The notes: generated from the sequence alone by a model not told the origin. A stretch of 64,000 nt of DNA from Candidatus Limnocylindrales bacterium (GCA_035559535.1 DATMBG010000021.1:1-64000), one strand, 5' to 3'. Shown: positions 25,808-36,440, counted from the stretch's first letter. Made by a program: numbers and translations.

Positions 25808-28549
25808 TTACTGTTTTCTTAATGCTTCTAATTTAACTCGGGCCTTCTCGGTGAGATCTTGATCCGGAGAAGTCTCTATGACTTTTTCATAAAGGGTAAT
25901 GGCTTCCTGGATTCTTCCGAGTTTGGCGGTAATCTCGGCAGAAGCAAAGGCTGCGGCTGCGGTATAAGATTTTTGGTCCGGATAAAGGTAGATGACTTTT
26001 TGATAAATGGCAAGGGCTTTATCCAAATTATTGGTTTGGGTATAACACTGGCCGATCTTGAGTTGAATTTCAGCAACCGAGGTATTTTTAAGGGGAGCGC
26101 CCTCGATCCCTCTTTCTACTTTCTCGGCTTCCTCACATTTATTCTCATGGGTTAAAGTCAAAGCAAGTTGGGCATAGGCCTCGGGAACCAGGGGATGCTG
26201 AGGATATTGTTCTACAATCTTCTTGAAATGATCTTCCGCCTCAGAGGTTTTTCCCGTCTTTAACAAGGTTAAACCGATTTGAAGGAGGGCTTCAGGGATG
26301 AGAGGACTGTCAGGAAAACTTTGGGTAAAGATTCTATAGGTTTCAAGAGCCTGTTCGTAGTGGCCGAGTTTAAATTGAAGGGTGGCTTTATCATATTGAG
26401 CACGGATTCGGTACTCGCTGGTCGGATAAGTATCCAATAATTTTTGAAATTCTTCCAAAGCCCTATCCAGATTCTCCATCTGCAAATAGCTCCAGGCGAT
26501 CTTATACTGAGCATCATCGGCCAGTTCACTCTGAGGTTGATGATCCACAATCCATTGATAGGCCTTCAAAGCCTCCGGGTAATTTTTTTGTTGCAGGTAC
26601 TGCTCACCCAATTGATATTGGGTTGCAGCACTTAAAGGACTTTCGGGATACTTCTGAACAAATTCCTTAGAAGCTTCTATATAAGCGGTGGTGTCTCCCA
26701 GTAGATACCTGGAAAGATTCAGGTTGTACTGGGCTTCGGCTGTTTTAGGATGATCGGGATGCTCAATAAGAATCCTTTGATAAGCTTCTATGGCCTTTTG
26801 ATAATCGCCCATATTAAAATAACAATCGGCTATTTTGAGTTTAGCGTCCACAACCAGGTTACTTTGAGGGAATCGCTCAACAAGGAGTTGGAATTCCCGA
26901 ATAGCCCCTTTAAAATCCCCTTTCCGAAAATAAGACCAGCCTATCAGATTTTGGGCTTCAGCCGCCAGGGGGTTGTCCGGAAATCTTTTGATAAACTTTG
27001 TAAATACCTGCCGGGCTTCATCAAATCTCTCAAGCCGATAGTGGGTATATCCTATCTGATAAAGGGCATCCTGAGTCGAGGGATCGTTAGGATAGCGTTT
27101 TTCAATTTTTTGATAAGTCTCCAAAGCCTTCTTGTAATTTTTTAAATTGAAATAAGCATCGCCTTTAAGGAGCAAGATGTCAGGCTGTAGCCGGTCTTCA
27201 TCAATGTTCTTTAACTCATCCAGGACCTCGTTCCATTTTTCCTCTTGATAAAGGATTTTAGCCAATTCTATATGGATTTCATCGGAAACAGATCCTGCCT
27301 GCTTTTGATTCAATAGAGTTGTAAAATACTCCCTGGCTTTTTGATAATCTCCCGAACTTATCAGCATCTCTCCCATCCAATGGCGGGCCTGTTCTACCAG
27401 GTCAGGTTTAAGTCCGGGCTCTGAAAGAAGCCGGGTTAGCGAACGGATTCCTTCCTCGTAATCACCCTGCCGATAATAAGAAAGGGCCGAATGAAGTTGA
27501 GCTTCCGGCCATAAAGTATTCCCCTGGGGAACTTTTTCATATTCTCGAACTGCTGCACGGTATTCTCCTATGTGGAACAAACTTTCCCCCCTCATAAAAT
27601 AGGCTACAGGTACCTCTGAGCTTTCTGGATAAAGGCTTATCAATCTCTGGTAAGCCTCTAGAGCTTTTTGGTAAGCTTCCAAATGGACATAAGAATGTCC
27701 TATATGGAGCAGGGCCTCATCGGTATAAGCCGATTGAGGAAACCGGTTTACCAAACGATAAAACCCTTCGAGGGCTTTGGCATAATCCCCGGCCTTTTCA
27801 TAGAGTAAACCGATTTGATATAGGGCCGCCGGGAGTGCGGGGTGATTAAGGTAATCCTGGGTAAAGATTTTCAGAGATTCCAGGGCTTTTTGTTCCTCTC
27901 CTATATTTAAATAACTTAAGCTTAACTGGTAGAGGGCTTCTCCTCGTCGGGGACCTTGAGGATCCTTTTCGATGAGCTTTTCATAAAAAGAAATGGCTTT
28001 TGAAAACTCTCCTAAACGAAATAAAATTTCACCCGAGTTAAATAAAGCTTCTCCTGATTTATCTGATTGGGGATTTAGCTGGATAAACTGATCATAGACC
28101 TGAAGAGCTGTTTGAAAATCCTCTAAATCCATGAGACATTGCCCTAGATAAAAAAGTGAATCCGAATAAGAAGGACTTTTAGAAAGTTCCTCTCCCAGGG
28201 CATGGAGTCGGGCTACGGCTGAAGAACAATTTCCGGTCTGGTAGTAACTTAACCCGAGGTAATAGTAAACATCCAGTGGATGAGATTGAAACTTAGCCAA
28301 AATTTGTTCAAAAATATCGATAGCTTTGTCAAATTCCCCCAGTTCAAAGTAAGTTTTTCCCAGTTGGTAATAAGCATCCTGGTTGAGAGGATCCTTCTGA
28401 ATAGCCAGTAACAGCTCCCTTACTGCCGCCCATCTATCACCCTGTTCCAGATGCTTGACCCCTTTCTCGTAAGGACCAGGACACCCGAGAAGCAAAAGAG
28501 ATAATATAAGAAGAAGGAGGCCTTTAAGAATCCACTTATACCCTACCAT
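25808..28549 (-). CDS. Large TPR-repeat lipoprotein (BamD/YbgF-like TPRs)
   Basis: Lipobox LLGC after a hydrophobic stretch; around 20 TPR repeats with YP.S..A..A.Y..G signatures; start ATG 28549. Confidence 0.88.
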   Translation of the reverse strand: MVGYKWILKGLLLLILSLLLLGCPGPYEKGVKHLEQGDRWAAVRELLLAIQKDPLNQDAYYQLGKTYFELGEFDKAIDIFEQILAKFQSHPLDVYYYLGLSYYQTGNCSSAVARLHALGEELSKSPSYSDSLFYLGQCLMDLEDFQTALQVYDQFIQLNPQSDKSGEALFNSGEILFRLGEFSKAISFYEKLIEKDPQGPRRGEALYQLSLSYLNIGEEQKALESLKIFTQDYLNHPALPAALYQIGLLYEKAGDYAKALEGFYRLVNRFPQSAYTDEALLHIGHSYVHLEAYQKALEAYQRLISLYPESSEVPVAYFMRGESLFHIGEYRAAVREYEKVPQGNTLWPEAQLHSALSYYRQGDYEEGIRSLTRLLSEPGLKPDLVEQARHWMGEMLISSGDYQKAREYFTTLLNQKQAGSVSDEIHIELAKILYQEEKWNEVLDELKNIDEDRLQPDILLLKGDAYFNLKNYKKALETYQKIEKRYPNDPSTQDALYQIGYTHYRLERFDEARQVFTKFIKRFPDNPLAAEAQNLIGWSYFRKGDFKGAIREFQLLVERFPQSNLVVDAKLKIADCYFNMGDYQKAIEAYQRILIEHPDHPKTAEAQYNLNLSRYLLGDTTAYIEASKEFVQKYPESPLSAATQYQLGEQYLQQKNYPEALKAYQWIVDHQPQSELADDAQYKIAWSYLQMENLDRALEEFQKLLDTYPTSEYRIRAQYDKATLQFKLGHYEQALETYRIFTQSFPDSPLIPEALLQIGLTLLKTGKTSEAEDHFKKIVEQYPQHPLVPEAYAQLALTLTHENKCEEAEKVERGIEGAPLKNTSVAEIQLKIGQCYTQTNNLDKALAIYQKVIYLYPDQKSYTAAAAFASAEITAKLGRIQEAITLYEKVIETSPDQDLTEKARVKLEALRKQ

Positions 28550-28628
28550 ACTTGTATGGTACGGAAATGCCCTTCTCCTTGTCAAGGGATTATATTTAGT
28601 TTAGTGAAGGTTCCCTCTAGCACCCTAT

Positions 28629-31511
28629 TTAAATCGAAATGTCCTGTTTTTTATCCAGGGAACCAGCCAAATAGGCGATCATATCCTCTATCATCAAGGT
28701 GGCTACAGGGTGATTTCCGACATGCTTCTGCAAACGGAAGGTAGAGACCAGTAAACGTCCGTTACCGATACGTCGTTCGGCCACCAGAGCCACCGTGTGA
28801 TGTAACCATCCTACAAACAATCCAGCATGGACGTCTGCGGCAAAATCTCGAGGGTTTAAACCCACAATAACCTGTTCCGGGGTTAAATCGGCGAAGGCGA
28901 AATCGACGACTCCTCCGGAGGGTATATCTTTGAACATCCGATCTTGACGAATCCAACTCATACTACTGACCCAATCCCCTTGCCAGCTTCGCCCTTGCCG
29001 TTGTGCTATCCCCAGACTACCCAGATAGGTATGTTGGGAATCGCTGGATTCAGCAAGCCAGAGTACGTTTCCACCATTTTGGACGTACCAACGCAATTCA
29101 TCGGTCATTTTGGTTGCCAGCACTACGTCAGCAGTAGCTAAATTTTCGGTTATCTGATAACCCAGGGCACTTAACCGTTCGGCTAACTCCGACAGGCCGG
29201 GAGCACTCAAAATAGCAGTTCTTAATGTTTTCGACCGATGGGGAAAGAAATATAATTCGTGATGATTGGTTGTTATCAGGTTTCCTGATCCATCCAACAG
29301 CCGTAGTTCTAGACGGGTCCGTACACTCTTGTTTAATTTTGGTACCTCAAAAGTCACCGTACCCACATGGGTCACCTGGGCTTTTTGGGGTTTGAATCCG
29401 GCAAAATGACCCCGGATATCCGGCCACAAATCTAGATTCCACTCCAACCTGCATTCAGATAAATCTACCTCTGAAAAATGAGATAACATCACGCGTACTT
29501 CACAGCGGGTATCTTCCCAAAAAGCTATACATTCCCAATCGGCAGGTATAATAGCATCGGCTCTATTGATTTGACCCATTGCGTCGTAGAAAGCCTTGGG
29601 GTTACGACACATATCCAGTAAACCGTTGGCTTCCCAATAGACATCGGTAAATTGAGTGATGATATAGCCTACAATACCGGGATGGCGACGTATCTGTTCG
29701 ATTTCATATTTAAGTGCAGTAAACTGCATACGCTGACTGGCTGCTGTTAAATCGGATAGGGTTGGGAAGACTTTATCCAGGTGGAAGACTTTGAAGCGTT
29801 GTTCAATACCATGGGGATAAACCACTCCATTAACCCATTCGATCCCTGTTTCAAACCACCAGGGTTCTTTACCTCCATAGTGCTCTTTTAACTGGTTGAT
29901 GTCCGGCAAACCCCAGTTACCGAACTCGGCAATGACCACAGGTTCTTTGCCATGGCGGTGTATTTCAGGCGCCGGAGTACGAGGGATCAGGCTCCAGGGA
30001 TCCCGGATAAATTCCCGCCAGGTTTCAAGATTTTCGTAAACATGGACAAACATCCAGGATGGACGACCGGCAAAAGTCTGCACCCAGCTCCGCCATTGAC
30101 GGTAGTGATCCGGAATAGCATAGTAGTCATGAAAGTCCTCAATATCGGTTACAACATGAAAGTTGGTAAAGCAGGGAGAATTACCGATCACTAATCGGTA
30201 GGGATCGAGTTGCTTGAGATAAGAATAAGTTTCGGCCAGCCATGCTCGATGCTCGGCATTGACGGCTAAATCTACTCCCCAACCTTCGTTGATAATGGTC
30301 CAGATAATAATGGAAGGATGATTCCAATCCCGCTCCACCATTCCGGTCAGGGTCTCTCGGGCCCGACGCTTGGCTGCATCTGTCAGGTTTTGCCAGTTAG
30401 GCAATTCGGTCCAGATAAGCAGGCCAACACGATCAGCCACATCGTAATAGCGGGGATCTGTAATCTTGATATGGGTCCGCAAACAGTTCAAGCCCATATG
30501 TTTGGCTTTAGTGAATTGATCCTCCAATTCGGCATCACTAAAGGGGGTATAGAGCATATCTGGATAGTAATCCTGATCCAGTGCCCCACGTAAATAAAGA
30601 ATACGTCCATTCAGCATAAGATATCCATCCGGCGAGGTCGCAATACTGCGCATTCCAAAATGGGAAGATAATGAGTCCAGGACAAGTCCCTTATCATCAT
30701 TACTGACCAATGAGGCTTCAAGTTGATAAAGCTGCGGATTTTGAGGATCCCATAGGAGGGGGTTTGGTATGGGTAATTCCCCTTCAAATTGTTGCTCCCC
30801 TACATCGATAACAAATCGATGGTCATCTTTCTGCCCCAGGGGATTCTTTACGGTGAGAAGGAGTCCTATACGCCGCTCGGTCGGTTGGTTCAATTTTAAA
30901 CTTACCCGAGCCTTTTCGTCTGCTACTTGGGGAGTTATATGCAGACGGGTGATATGGACAGCATGACGCATCTCCAGATAAACACTTTGCCAGATACCTC
31001 CTATGGACCCATACCAGCTCTGTTTCCCATGGGGAATTTCCGCAAAGGTAAACTGGGGAAAGAAATCGGCATCATTACCGGGATCAATAACCCGAACCAC
31101 CAGTTCATTCAAACCTGTGAGATGTAAGGCATCATCTAAGATAAATTCAAAGGGTAGATAACCCCCTTCGTGTTCTCCAATCAACTGGCCGTTTAGCCAT
31201 ACCGATGCGTAGTAATCCACTGCGCCAAAGTGAAGCACATAGGTAGGATCTGGAATAATCTCTCCTTTCTGCAAAGAATCTGCATTCATAAGCTCAAAAC
31301 GCCGCCGATACCAGGCTACGCCACTGTAATCACGTAAATCTTCGAATTGAGCCTGCCAGGGACCAGGAACCCAAATATTAAGGGGTGGACCCGCACTTTC
31401 AAGGGTTTGTAATTCTAATCGCTGATAGGGGTCCAGGAAGAAATCCCAAGAACCATCCAGGCTTATACGGATCCGCGTCATATACGACTCCATTGTTCCA
31501 TTAAGATACAA
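28629..31511 (-). CDS. Glycoside hydrolase family 2
   Basis: ISLDGSW.F, LHFGAVDY, HEGGYLPF, GGIWQSV, GLNCLRTH, NHPSIIIWTIINE, IAEFG; exact start uncertain. Confidence 0.9.
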   Translation of the reverse strand: MYLNGTMESYMTRIRISLDGSWDFFLDPYQRLELQTLESAGPPLNIWVPGPWQAQFEDLRDYSGVAWYRRRFELMNADSLQKGEIIPDPTYVLHFGAVDYYASVWLNGQLIGEHEGGYLPFEFILDDALHLTGLNELVVRVIDPGNDADFFPQFTFAEIPHGKQSWYGSIGGIWQSVYLEMRHAVHITRLHITPQVADEKARVSLKLNQPTERRIGLLLTVKNPLGQKDDHRFVIDVGEQQFEGELPIPNPLLWDPQNPQLYQLEASLVSNDDKGLVLDSLSSHFGMRSIATSPDGYLMLNGRILYLRGALDQDYYPDMLYTPFSDAELEDQFTKAKHMGLNCLRTHIKITDPRYYDVADRVGLLIWTELPNWQNLTDAAKRRARETLTGMVERDWNHPSIIIWTIINEGWGVDLAVNAEHRAWLAETYSYLKQLDPYRLVIGNSPCFTNFHVVTDIEDFHDYYAIPDHYRQWRSWVQTFAGRPSWMFVHVYENLETWREFIRDPWSLIPRTPAPEIHRHGKEPVVIAEFGNWGLPDINQLKEHYGGKEPWWFETGIEWVNGVVYPHGIEQRFKVFHLDKVFPTLSDLTAASQRMQFTALKYEIEQIRRHPGIVGYIITQFTDVYWEANGLLDMCRNPKAFYDAMGQINRADAIIPADWECIAFWEDTRCEVRVMLSHFSEVDLSECRLEWNLDLWPDIRGHFAGFKPQKAQVTHVGTVTFEVPKLNKSVRTRLELRLLDGSGNLITTNHHELYFFPHRSKTLRTAILSAPGLSELAERLSALGYQITENLATADVVLATKMTDELRWYVQNGGNVLWLAESSDSQHTYLGSLGIAQRQGRSWQGDWVSSMSWIRQDRMFKDIPSGGVVDFAFADLTPEQVIVGLNPRDFAADVHAGLFVGWLHHTVALVAERRIGNGRLLVSTFRLQKHVGNHPVATLMIEDMIAYLAGSLDKKQDISI

Positions 31512-31545
31512 AAACTTGCTCTGAAATTACCCATGTAAAAATGGC

Positions 31546-31560
31546 GCAAAAGTTATGCCA
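31546..31560 (-). promoter_or_regulatory. Sigma54 promoter for the GH2 gene
   Basis: TGGCATAACTTTTGC on the minus strand, GG-N10-GC. Confidence 0.75.
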
Positions 31561-31681
31561 AAAGCTCCAATCGACACGGGGTAAAATTTTACGTAGACAA
31601 GGAAGATTCCATGAGATCCACATAGATCAAGTCGAATTAAGGGGAAATTCAAGATGATTTGTTTTCTCTTGTCAAATATGA

Positions 31682-31695
31682 GGTAAGCTGATACC
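31682..31695. promoter_or_regulatory. Candidate enhancer (bEBP) site GGTA-N6-TACC
   Basis: GAGGTAAGCTGATACCCT between divergent sigma54 promoters; counterpart at 51331-51344. Confidence 0.45.
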
Positions 31696-31804
31696 CTCTT
31701 TTTATCGCCTCCAGATCGGATTTTAGCATATCTGTGGAAAAACAAGGGCCTTTCCTCAAAGTCTGGAGTTTTAAATGGCACGGGAGACGGAGGAGTTCAG
31801 GGAA

Positions 31805-31819
31805 TGGCATACAAATTGC
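31805..31819 (+). promoter_or_regulatory. Sigma54 promoter for the stress cluster
   Basis: TGGCATACAAATTGC, GG-N10-GC. Confidence 0.78.
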
Positions 31820-31913
31820 CCGAAACATATTTAAAGGACGAGGTTTTAAGCTTCTATAGCGGGGAAAACTCTTAAAGGAACATTCTTGAAATTGGACCTG
31901 AAGGAGGCCAGTT

Positions 31914-32399
31914 ATGAAAAATAAAGATAAAAACCAAGGAACCGGCATAAATGCCCTAGAAATGCTTACATCTGACCATGACAAAGTGAAGGAGTTATTT
32001 CGGGAATATGAGGCCGCAGGAGATCGGGCCTATAAGAAAAAAAGAGATATTGCCGAGAAAGCCTTTATGGAATTGGAGGTTCACACCATGTTGGAAGAAC
32101 AGATTTTCTATCCGGCCATTCAGGAAGACGGAAACAGGGAGGATAGAAAACTGGTTGCCGAAAGCATCGCAGAACATGATGTGGTTAAGGGTTTGATTGA
32201 GGAGCTTAAAAAACTCGATCCTGAAGATGAGCAATTCGACGCCAAGTTTAAAGTGCTCATCGAAAATGTTGAACACCACATCCAGGAAGAAGAAGAGGAG
32301 ATGTTCCCGGAGGCCCAAGAGCAACTTGGCGAGGAACTCCAACATCTGGGTATTCAACTGAAAAAGCTCAAGGAACGACTTCTGGCTTCCATAGACTAG
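31914..32399 (+). CDS. Hemerythrin/HHE cation-binding domain protein
   Basis: DHDKVK, VHTMLEEQIFYP, AEHDVV, HHIQEEE..MFP; GGAGG SD. Confidence 0.9.
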   Translation: MKNKDKNQGTGINALEMLTSDHDKVKELFREYEAAGDRAYKKKRDIAEKAFMELEVHTMLEEQIFYPAIQEDGNREDRKLVAESIAEHDVVKGLIEELKKLDPEDEQFDAKFKVLIENVEHHIQEEEEEMFPEAQEQLGEELQHLGIQLKKLKERLLASID

Positions 32400-32563
32400 A
32401 CGAGAAGTTCCAAAGGTACTAACAATCCCGTAACTTTTACTGTTTGGATAAAAACACTTTAGTTCATGCCTGTCAAAGAAGGTTCCTTCTATACCCGAAA
32501 AGAAAATAAAGGAATCGGCAGGGCTATGGTACTTTCTAAATAAACGATAAGGAGAAAAGTTTT

Positions 32564-33022
32564 ATGAATATAAGCCATCGTGAAGCAATTTCCGTACTGA
32601 ACAACCTGATTGAAACCTGTAAAGATGGGGAAAACGGCTTTCAGACAGCAGCAGAAGGGATCAAAGACAGTCAACTTAAGAGTCTTTTTAATTCCTACGC
32701 TCAGCAACGGGCCCAATTCGCTTCGGAATTGCAAAGGGAAGTCCGGCGTTTAGGAGGCCAACCCGAGGACAGCGGAAGCGTAACTGCATCGATCCATCGC
32801 GGCTGGATGAACATTAAATCGGCAGTAACCGGTGAGGACAAAGCTGCGATTATTTCCGAATGTGAACGTGGAGAAGATGTAGCTGTAAAAACTTATAAGG
32901 AAGCCTTGAACGCCAACTTACCTGCAGATATAAGAGTTATTGTGGAACAGCAGTATGCAAAGATTCAAGAAGCCCACGATAAAATCCGTTCATTAGAAAA
33001 AGCAACCAGTTTCCAGAAGTAA
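32564..33022 (+). CDS. PA2169-family (DUF2383) ferritin-like four-helix-bundle protein
   Basis: LNNLIETCKDGENGF, IHRGWMNIKSA, ECERGED. Confidence 0.92.
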   Translation: MNISHREAISVLNNLIETCKDGENGFQTAAEGIKDSQLKSLFNSYAQQRAQFASELQREVRRLGGQPEDSGSVTASIHRGWMNIKSAVTGEDKAAIISECERGEDVAVKTYKEALNANLPADIRVIVEQQYAKIQEAHDKIRSLEKATSFQK

Positions 33023-33036
33023 TTTCCCTCAGCTCC

Positions 33037-33079
33037 GGTTCGTTGTTCGTGTTTTACTCTGGATAACGGACAACGAACC
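33037..33079. repeat. Inverted heptamer-derived hairpin
   Basis: GGTTCGTTGTTCGT / ACGGACAACGAACC (one mismatch). Confidence 0.65.
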
Positions 33080-33089
33080 CGACCTCACC

Positions 33090-33956
33090 ATGGATAAAAA
33101 ACAAAAGGAATCCAAACAGCCGGCACAACCTCAAGACCATCAACCTGGAATCGAATCGGAAATGAGACCCAAACCCAGGGCTGAAGACCGTCAGTATCGT
33201 GGAAGTGGAAAATTACAAGATAAAGTTGCCCTTATTACAGGGGGTGATAGTGGTATCGGTCGTGCGGTAGCCATTGCCTATGCTAAAGAAGGTGCATACA
33301 TTACTATTGTATATTTAAACGAGCATAAAGATGCAGAAGAAACCAAGAAAAAAGTGGAACAAGAAGGTCGTCGTTGCCTTCTCATGGCGGGAGATGTGGG
33401 GAATAAATCATTCTGCCGGCAGGCGGTTCAACAAACTATCAAGGAGTTTGGGAAGCTGGATATCCTCGTGAATAATGCGGCTGAACAACATCCTCAGGAT
33501 AGCATCGAAAATATTAGCTCGGACCAATTGGAGAGGACCTTCCGAACAAATATTTTTTCATTTTTTTACATGACCCAGGCCGCTCTCAGATATTTGAAAG
33601 AAGGAAGTGCTATTATCAATACGACTTCCATAACAGCGTATAAAGGAAATCCGAAATTATTGGATTATTCGGCCACGAAAGGAGCTATTGTGGCCTTTAC
33701 CCGATCTCTGTCCCAGGCATTGGTTGAAAAGGGGATCCGTGTGAATGGTGTGGCCCCCGGACCGATTTGGACCCCTCTAATTCCTTCGACGTTTCCACCT
33801 GAGAAGATCGAAAAATTCGGTGAGGATGTACCTTTGAAGCGCCCAGGCCAGCCGGAAGAGGTTGCACCCAGCTATGTGTTCCTGGCATCCGATGATGCCT
33901 CCTATTTTACCGGCCAAATTTTACATCCCAACGGTGGCGTCATTGTCAATGGGTAA
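33090..33956 (+). CDS. SDR oxidoreductase, YdaD/YhdF general-stress type
   Basis: QPGIESEM.P.P, GSGKL, TGGDSGIG, NNAAEQ, YSATKGAI, PGPIWTPLIP. Confidence 0.92.
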   Translation: MDKKQKESKQPAQPQDHQPGIESEMRPKPRAEDRQYRGSGKLQDKVALITGGDSGIGRAVAIAYAKEGAYITIVYLNEHKDAEETKKKVEQEGRRCLLMAGDVGNKSFCRQAVQQTIKEFGKLDILVNNAAEQHPQDSIENISSDQLERTFRTNIFSFFYMTQAALRYLKEGSAIINTTSITAYKGNPKLLDYSATKGAIVAFTRSLSQALVEKGIRVNGVAPGPIWTPLIPSTFPPEKIEKFGEDVPLKRPGQPEEVAPSYVFLASDDASYFTGQILHPNGGVIVNG

Positions 33957-33989
33957 AATCTAAAACAAACCGTTAGAGGAGGTGAGAAA

Positions 33990-34397
33990 ATGGAATCAAA
34001 ACTATCCACCGGGATAAACAGACAAATGACCTCTGAGGTTCAGCAACAGAGAATGAACCGCATCAATGTGGGGGAGGTTGAGCGCTGGTTATCCGTCCTT
34101 GCGGGCGGTGCGTTGACACTTTATGGTTTATCGCGCTCTTCTTGGGGTGGGCTTATGTTAACCTGGATTGGAGGAAGCCTTCTCCATCGAGGTATTACCG
34201 GACATTGTTATCTTTATGAAGCACTGAACGTAGATACTAGTCAGGTTTTCTCACCTGTTAGTTCCAGACTTCCTTCCAATAATGAAGTTTCGTCTACTTC
34301 ACAGCATATTGTAGGGATAGCCTCTGAAGAATCATTCCCTGCCAGTGATGCACCGTCCTGGACACCTACGACGGCTCTAGGCTCCCCTCGAAAATAA
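33990..34397 (+). CDS. DUF2892 (YgaP-like) membrane protein with a C-terminal SEESFPASD motif
   Basis: NVGEVERW.S...G, RGITGHC.LY.AL, ASEESFPASDAPSW. Confidence 0.8.
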   Translation: MESKLSTGINRQMTSEVQQQRMNRINVGEVERWLSVLAGGALTLYGLSRSSWGGLMLTWIGGSLLHRGITGHCYLYEALNVDTSQVFSPVSSRLPSNNEVSSTSQHIVGIASEESFPASDAPSWTPTTALGSPRK

Positions 34398-34412
34398 GAT
34401 CGAATTCAAGAA

Positions 34413-34441
34413 ATCTCCAGGGTCTTCAAACCCCTGGAGAT
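34413..34441. terminator. 10-bp perfect hairpin between convergent genes
   Basis: ATCTCCAGGG-TCTTCAAAC-CCCTGGAGAT. Confidence 0.55.
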
Positions 34442-34665
34442 CTTCCAGGAACCAACATCCTTCAAATCGAATGGAAGATAAAGCAAATTCTGAAATAAAA
34501 ATAAAAATCGCCGAAGTGAATATTACTTCCCTCCAGCGGCTTCTTTTTTAAATTAAGAAAAGATCCCCAGAGTCAGGCTACCCACCTATCGCTGACCGGG
34601 TTGACCGGGATTTCCCGAAGTCCTGGGAAAGGATCGTATCAAAGCCGGTCACACTACTTATCACC

Positions 34666-35577
34666 TCACCGTTCTCCACCCAATGGAATTCCGGTCATGA
34701 TACCTGTTGTAATCCCAGTTTGACTACCTGACGTGATATCCAGGGAATTAAAGGTAGTTACCAGCGGGGGAGGGATCATAAAAGTCCCACTCCCTACCGT
34801 CCCAACCGGATTATTCAAGGTGATATCCAGGGAATTAAAGGTAGTTACCAGTGGGGGAGGGGTTATAAAAGTCCCACCTCCTACCGTCCCAACCGGATTA
34901 TTCAAGGTGATATCCAGGGAATTAAAGGTGGTCACCAGCGGGGGAGGAGTCAGGATAGTGCCGGTGAAAGTTCCAACTGGATTAGTGGGAAACACATTTC
35001 CAATTTGAGTGGGGATTAGGAAGGTACTTTGTCCCAGCTGGCCGATTCTTATGGTTTGACTTGCAAATCCCGGTTGGAGAATGGTAGTCGTTCCCGTGAT
35101 AGTTCCAGAGGGATTGGTTAAGGTAATCCCGACCATGGCCCCGGGCTGGGTGATGGTTAAAGTGGTGAGGGTTGTAGTCCCAAACCGATTACCTGGAAAA
35201 ACTGGATTCATTTGCGTGTTAACGATAAGGCTACTTGGACCTCCCGGTTGTTCGACTCTCGTTGTGCTGGTTGAAAACCCAGGCTGGACAATACTTACCG
35301 TATTGGATAGTATACCAGATGGAGGGGGGAAGGTAATACCAGACGGACCTTTGGTTACCGCACGTAGCTGATCCCCCGATGGGTCTTGAAGTTGCCGATT
35401 TGCCACATGACCGATGCCGATTTGACCTATCCGACTAGTCTGACCGGCGATTATAATTCCCGTTCGATCACCGGAAACGTGCCTGGTTATATCACTTGCA
35501 GATTGGGCAGCGTCGCTGGGTACCGGCCAGGTGATAATGATCATCAAAAACAAAGTAAAAATACCTGATCTTCTCAT
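34666..35577 (-). CDS. Secreted Thr/Gly/Pro-rich repeat protein
   Basis: GGAGG SD, signal peptide, recurring xQPG motifs and 29-aa C-terminal repeats. Confidence 0.75.
   Translation of the reverse strand: MRRSGIFTLFLMIIITWPVPSDAAQSASDITRHVSGDRTGIIIAGQTSRIGQIGIGHVANRQLQDPSGDQLRAVTKGPSGITFPPPSGILSNTVSIVQPGFSTSTTRVEQPGGPSSLIVNTQMNPVFPGNRFGTTTLTTLTITQPGAMVGITLTNPSGTITGTTTILQPGFASQTIRIGQLGQSTFLIPTQIGNVFPTNPVGTFTGTILTPPPLVTTFNSLDITLNNPVGTVGGGTFITPPPLVTTFNSLDITLNNPVGTVGSGTFMIPPPLVTTFNSLDITSGSQTGITTGIMTGIPLGGER
34733..34950. repeat. 87-bp tandem repeat (about 2.5 copies) inside the CDS
   Basis: GTGATATCCAGGGAATTAAAGGT starts at 34733, 34820 and 34907; encodes PPPLVTTFNSLDITLNNPVGTVGxGTF. Confidence 0.92.
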
Positions 35578-36140
35578 TATTTCTCTACCTCCTCACCCTT
35601 TTATACCGAATGTTACTCGGTATTTTCCTTCAAAAGGGTTAAGTTGATTTCATTTTGGACTCAATTTATCAGGTAGCCAAACCCATCTGGCTTTTAATGT
35701 CGATTACCTTTCAGGTGAAAATTAGACCATTCTCAAGAAGAACAGATGTGAAACACTCCCCTATGTATGAAACGCAAATGGGTAAAATCCATGGCTGACC
35801 TTTCAAAACAGATAAGTTCTAATTCCTCTCTTTAACTTAAAGATAAGAGTATTTTTTATTTATATAAAGGAGTAATTTTTGGATCAGAGGGTATTCTTGA
35901 GTAAATTCTACAGTAAGAAGGAAGAATTCTTTTCCACGTTCAACTAACTTCCCTCAGAGGTGGAAGAATACCCGGTTTACCCGGGATAGAAGGAAAGATT
36001 TTTAGAAAGGTTAAGTCTCCCATAGGGAGTTTGGGGTCATACCCCTTTGGTTCTGTCAGAAAGATAGACAAAAAGAACCGGGATTTTATTCCAGGACAGG
36101 AGTTAAGCCCTTCTTTTAGACAATCCTTAGAAACGAGGTT

Positions 36141-36440
36141 TTAATGTCCTGGATAGGTCAACCAGCTTCGGGTCAGATAATCGCTGAGGGTTAAAGCGAT
36201 CATAATTCCCAACCAGAAGAGGCCTCCTAAAATAACCACCCAGGTTAAACGCGTACTGTAGCGGACATGCATAAAAAAGAGAGCAACCAGAGTAGCTTTG
36301 CAGACCGCGATCCCCAAAGCCAGGATATTATTCAGCCATCCCAAATCCATAAAGGCAACCTGGATGGTAATAAAAGTCAAAACCATCAGGACTACAAAGA
36401 CGGTGAAGTAGACTTTTTTAGATTCAACATGCTCGACCAT
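36141..36440 (-). CDS. ctaF: Cytochrome c oxidase subunit IV
   Basis: IAVCKATLVALFFMHVRY, three TM helices, operon position. Confidence 0.9.
   Translation of the reverse strand: MVEHVESKKVYFTVFVVLMVLTFITIQVAFMDLGWLNNILALGIAVCKATLVALFFMHVRYSTRLTWVVILGGLFWLGIMIALTLSDYLTRSWLTYPGH

Noticed and set aside
34733-34950. 87-bp direct repeats as a CRISPR array
   Set aside because: No unique spacers, the period is a multiple of 3 inside a CDS, and there are no cas genes
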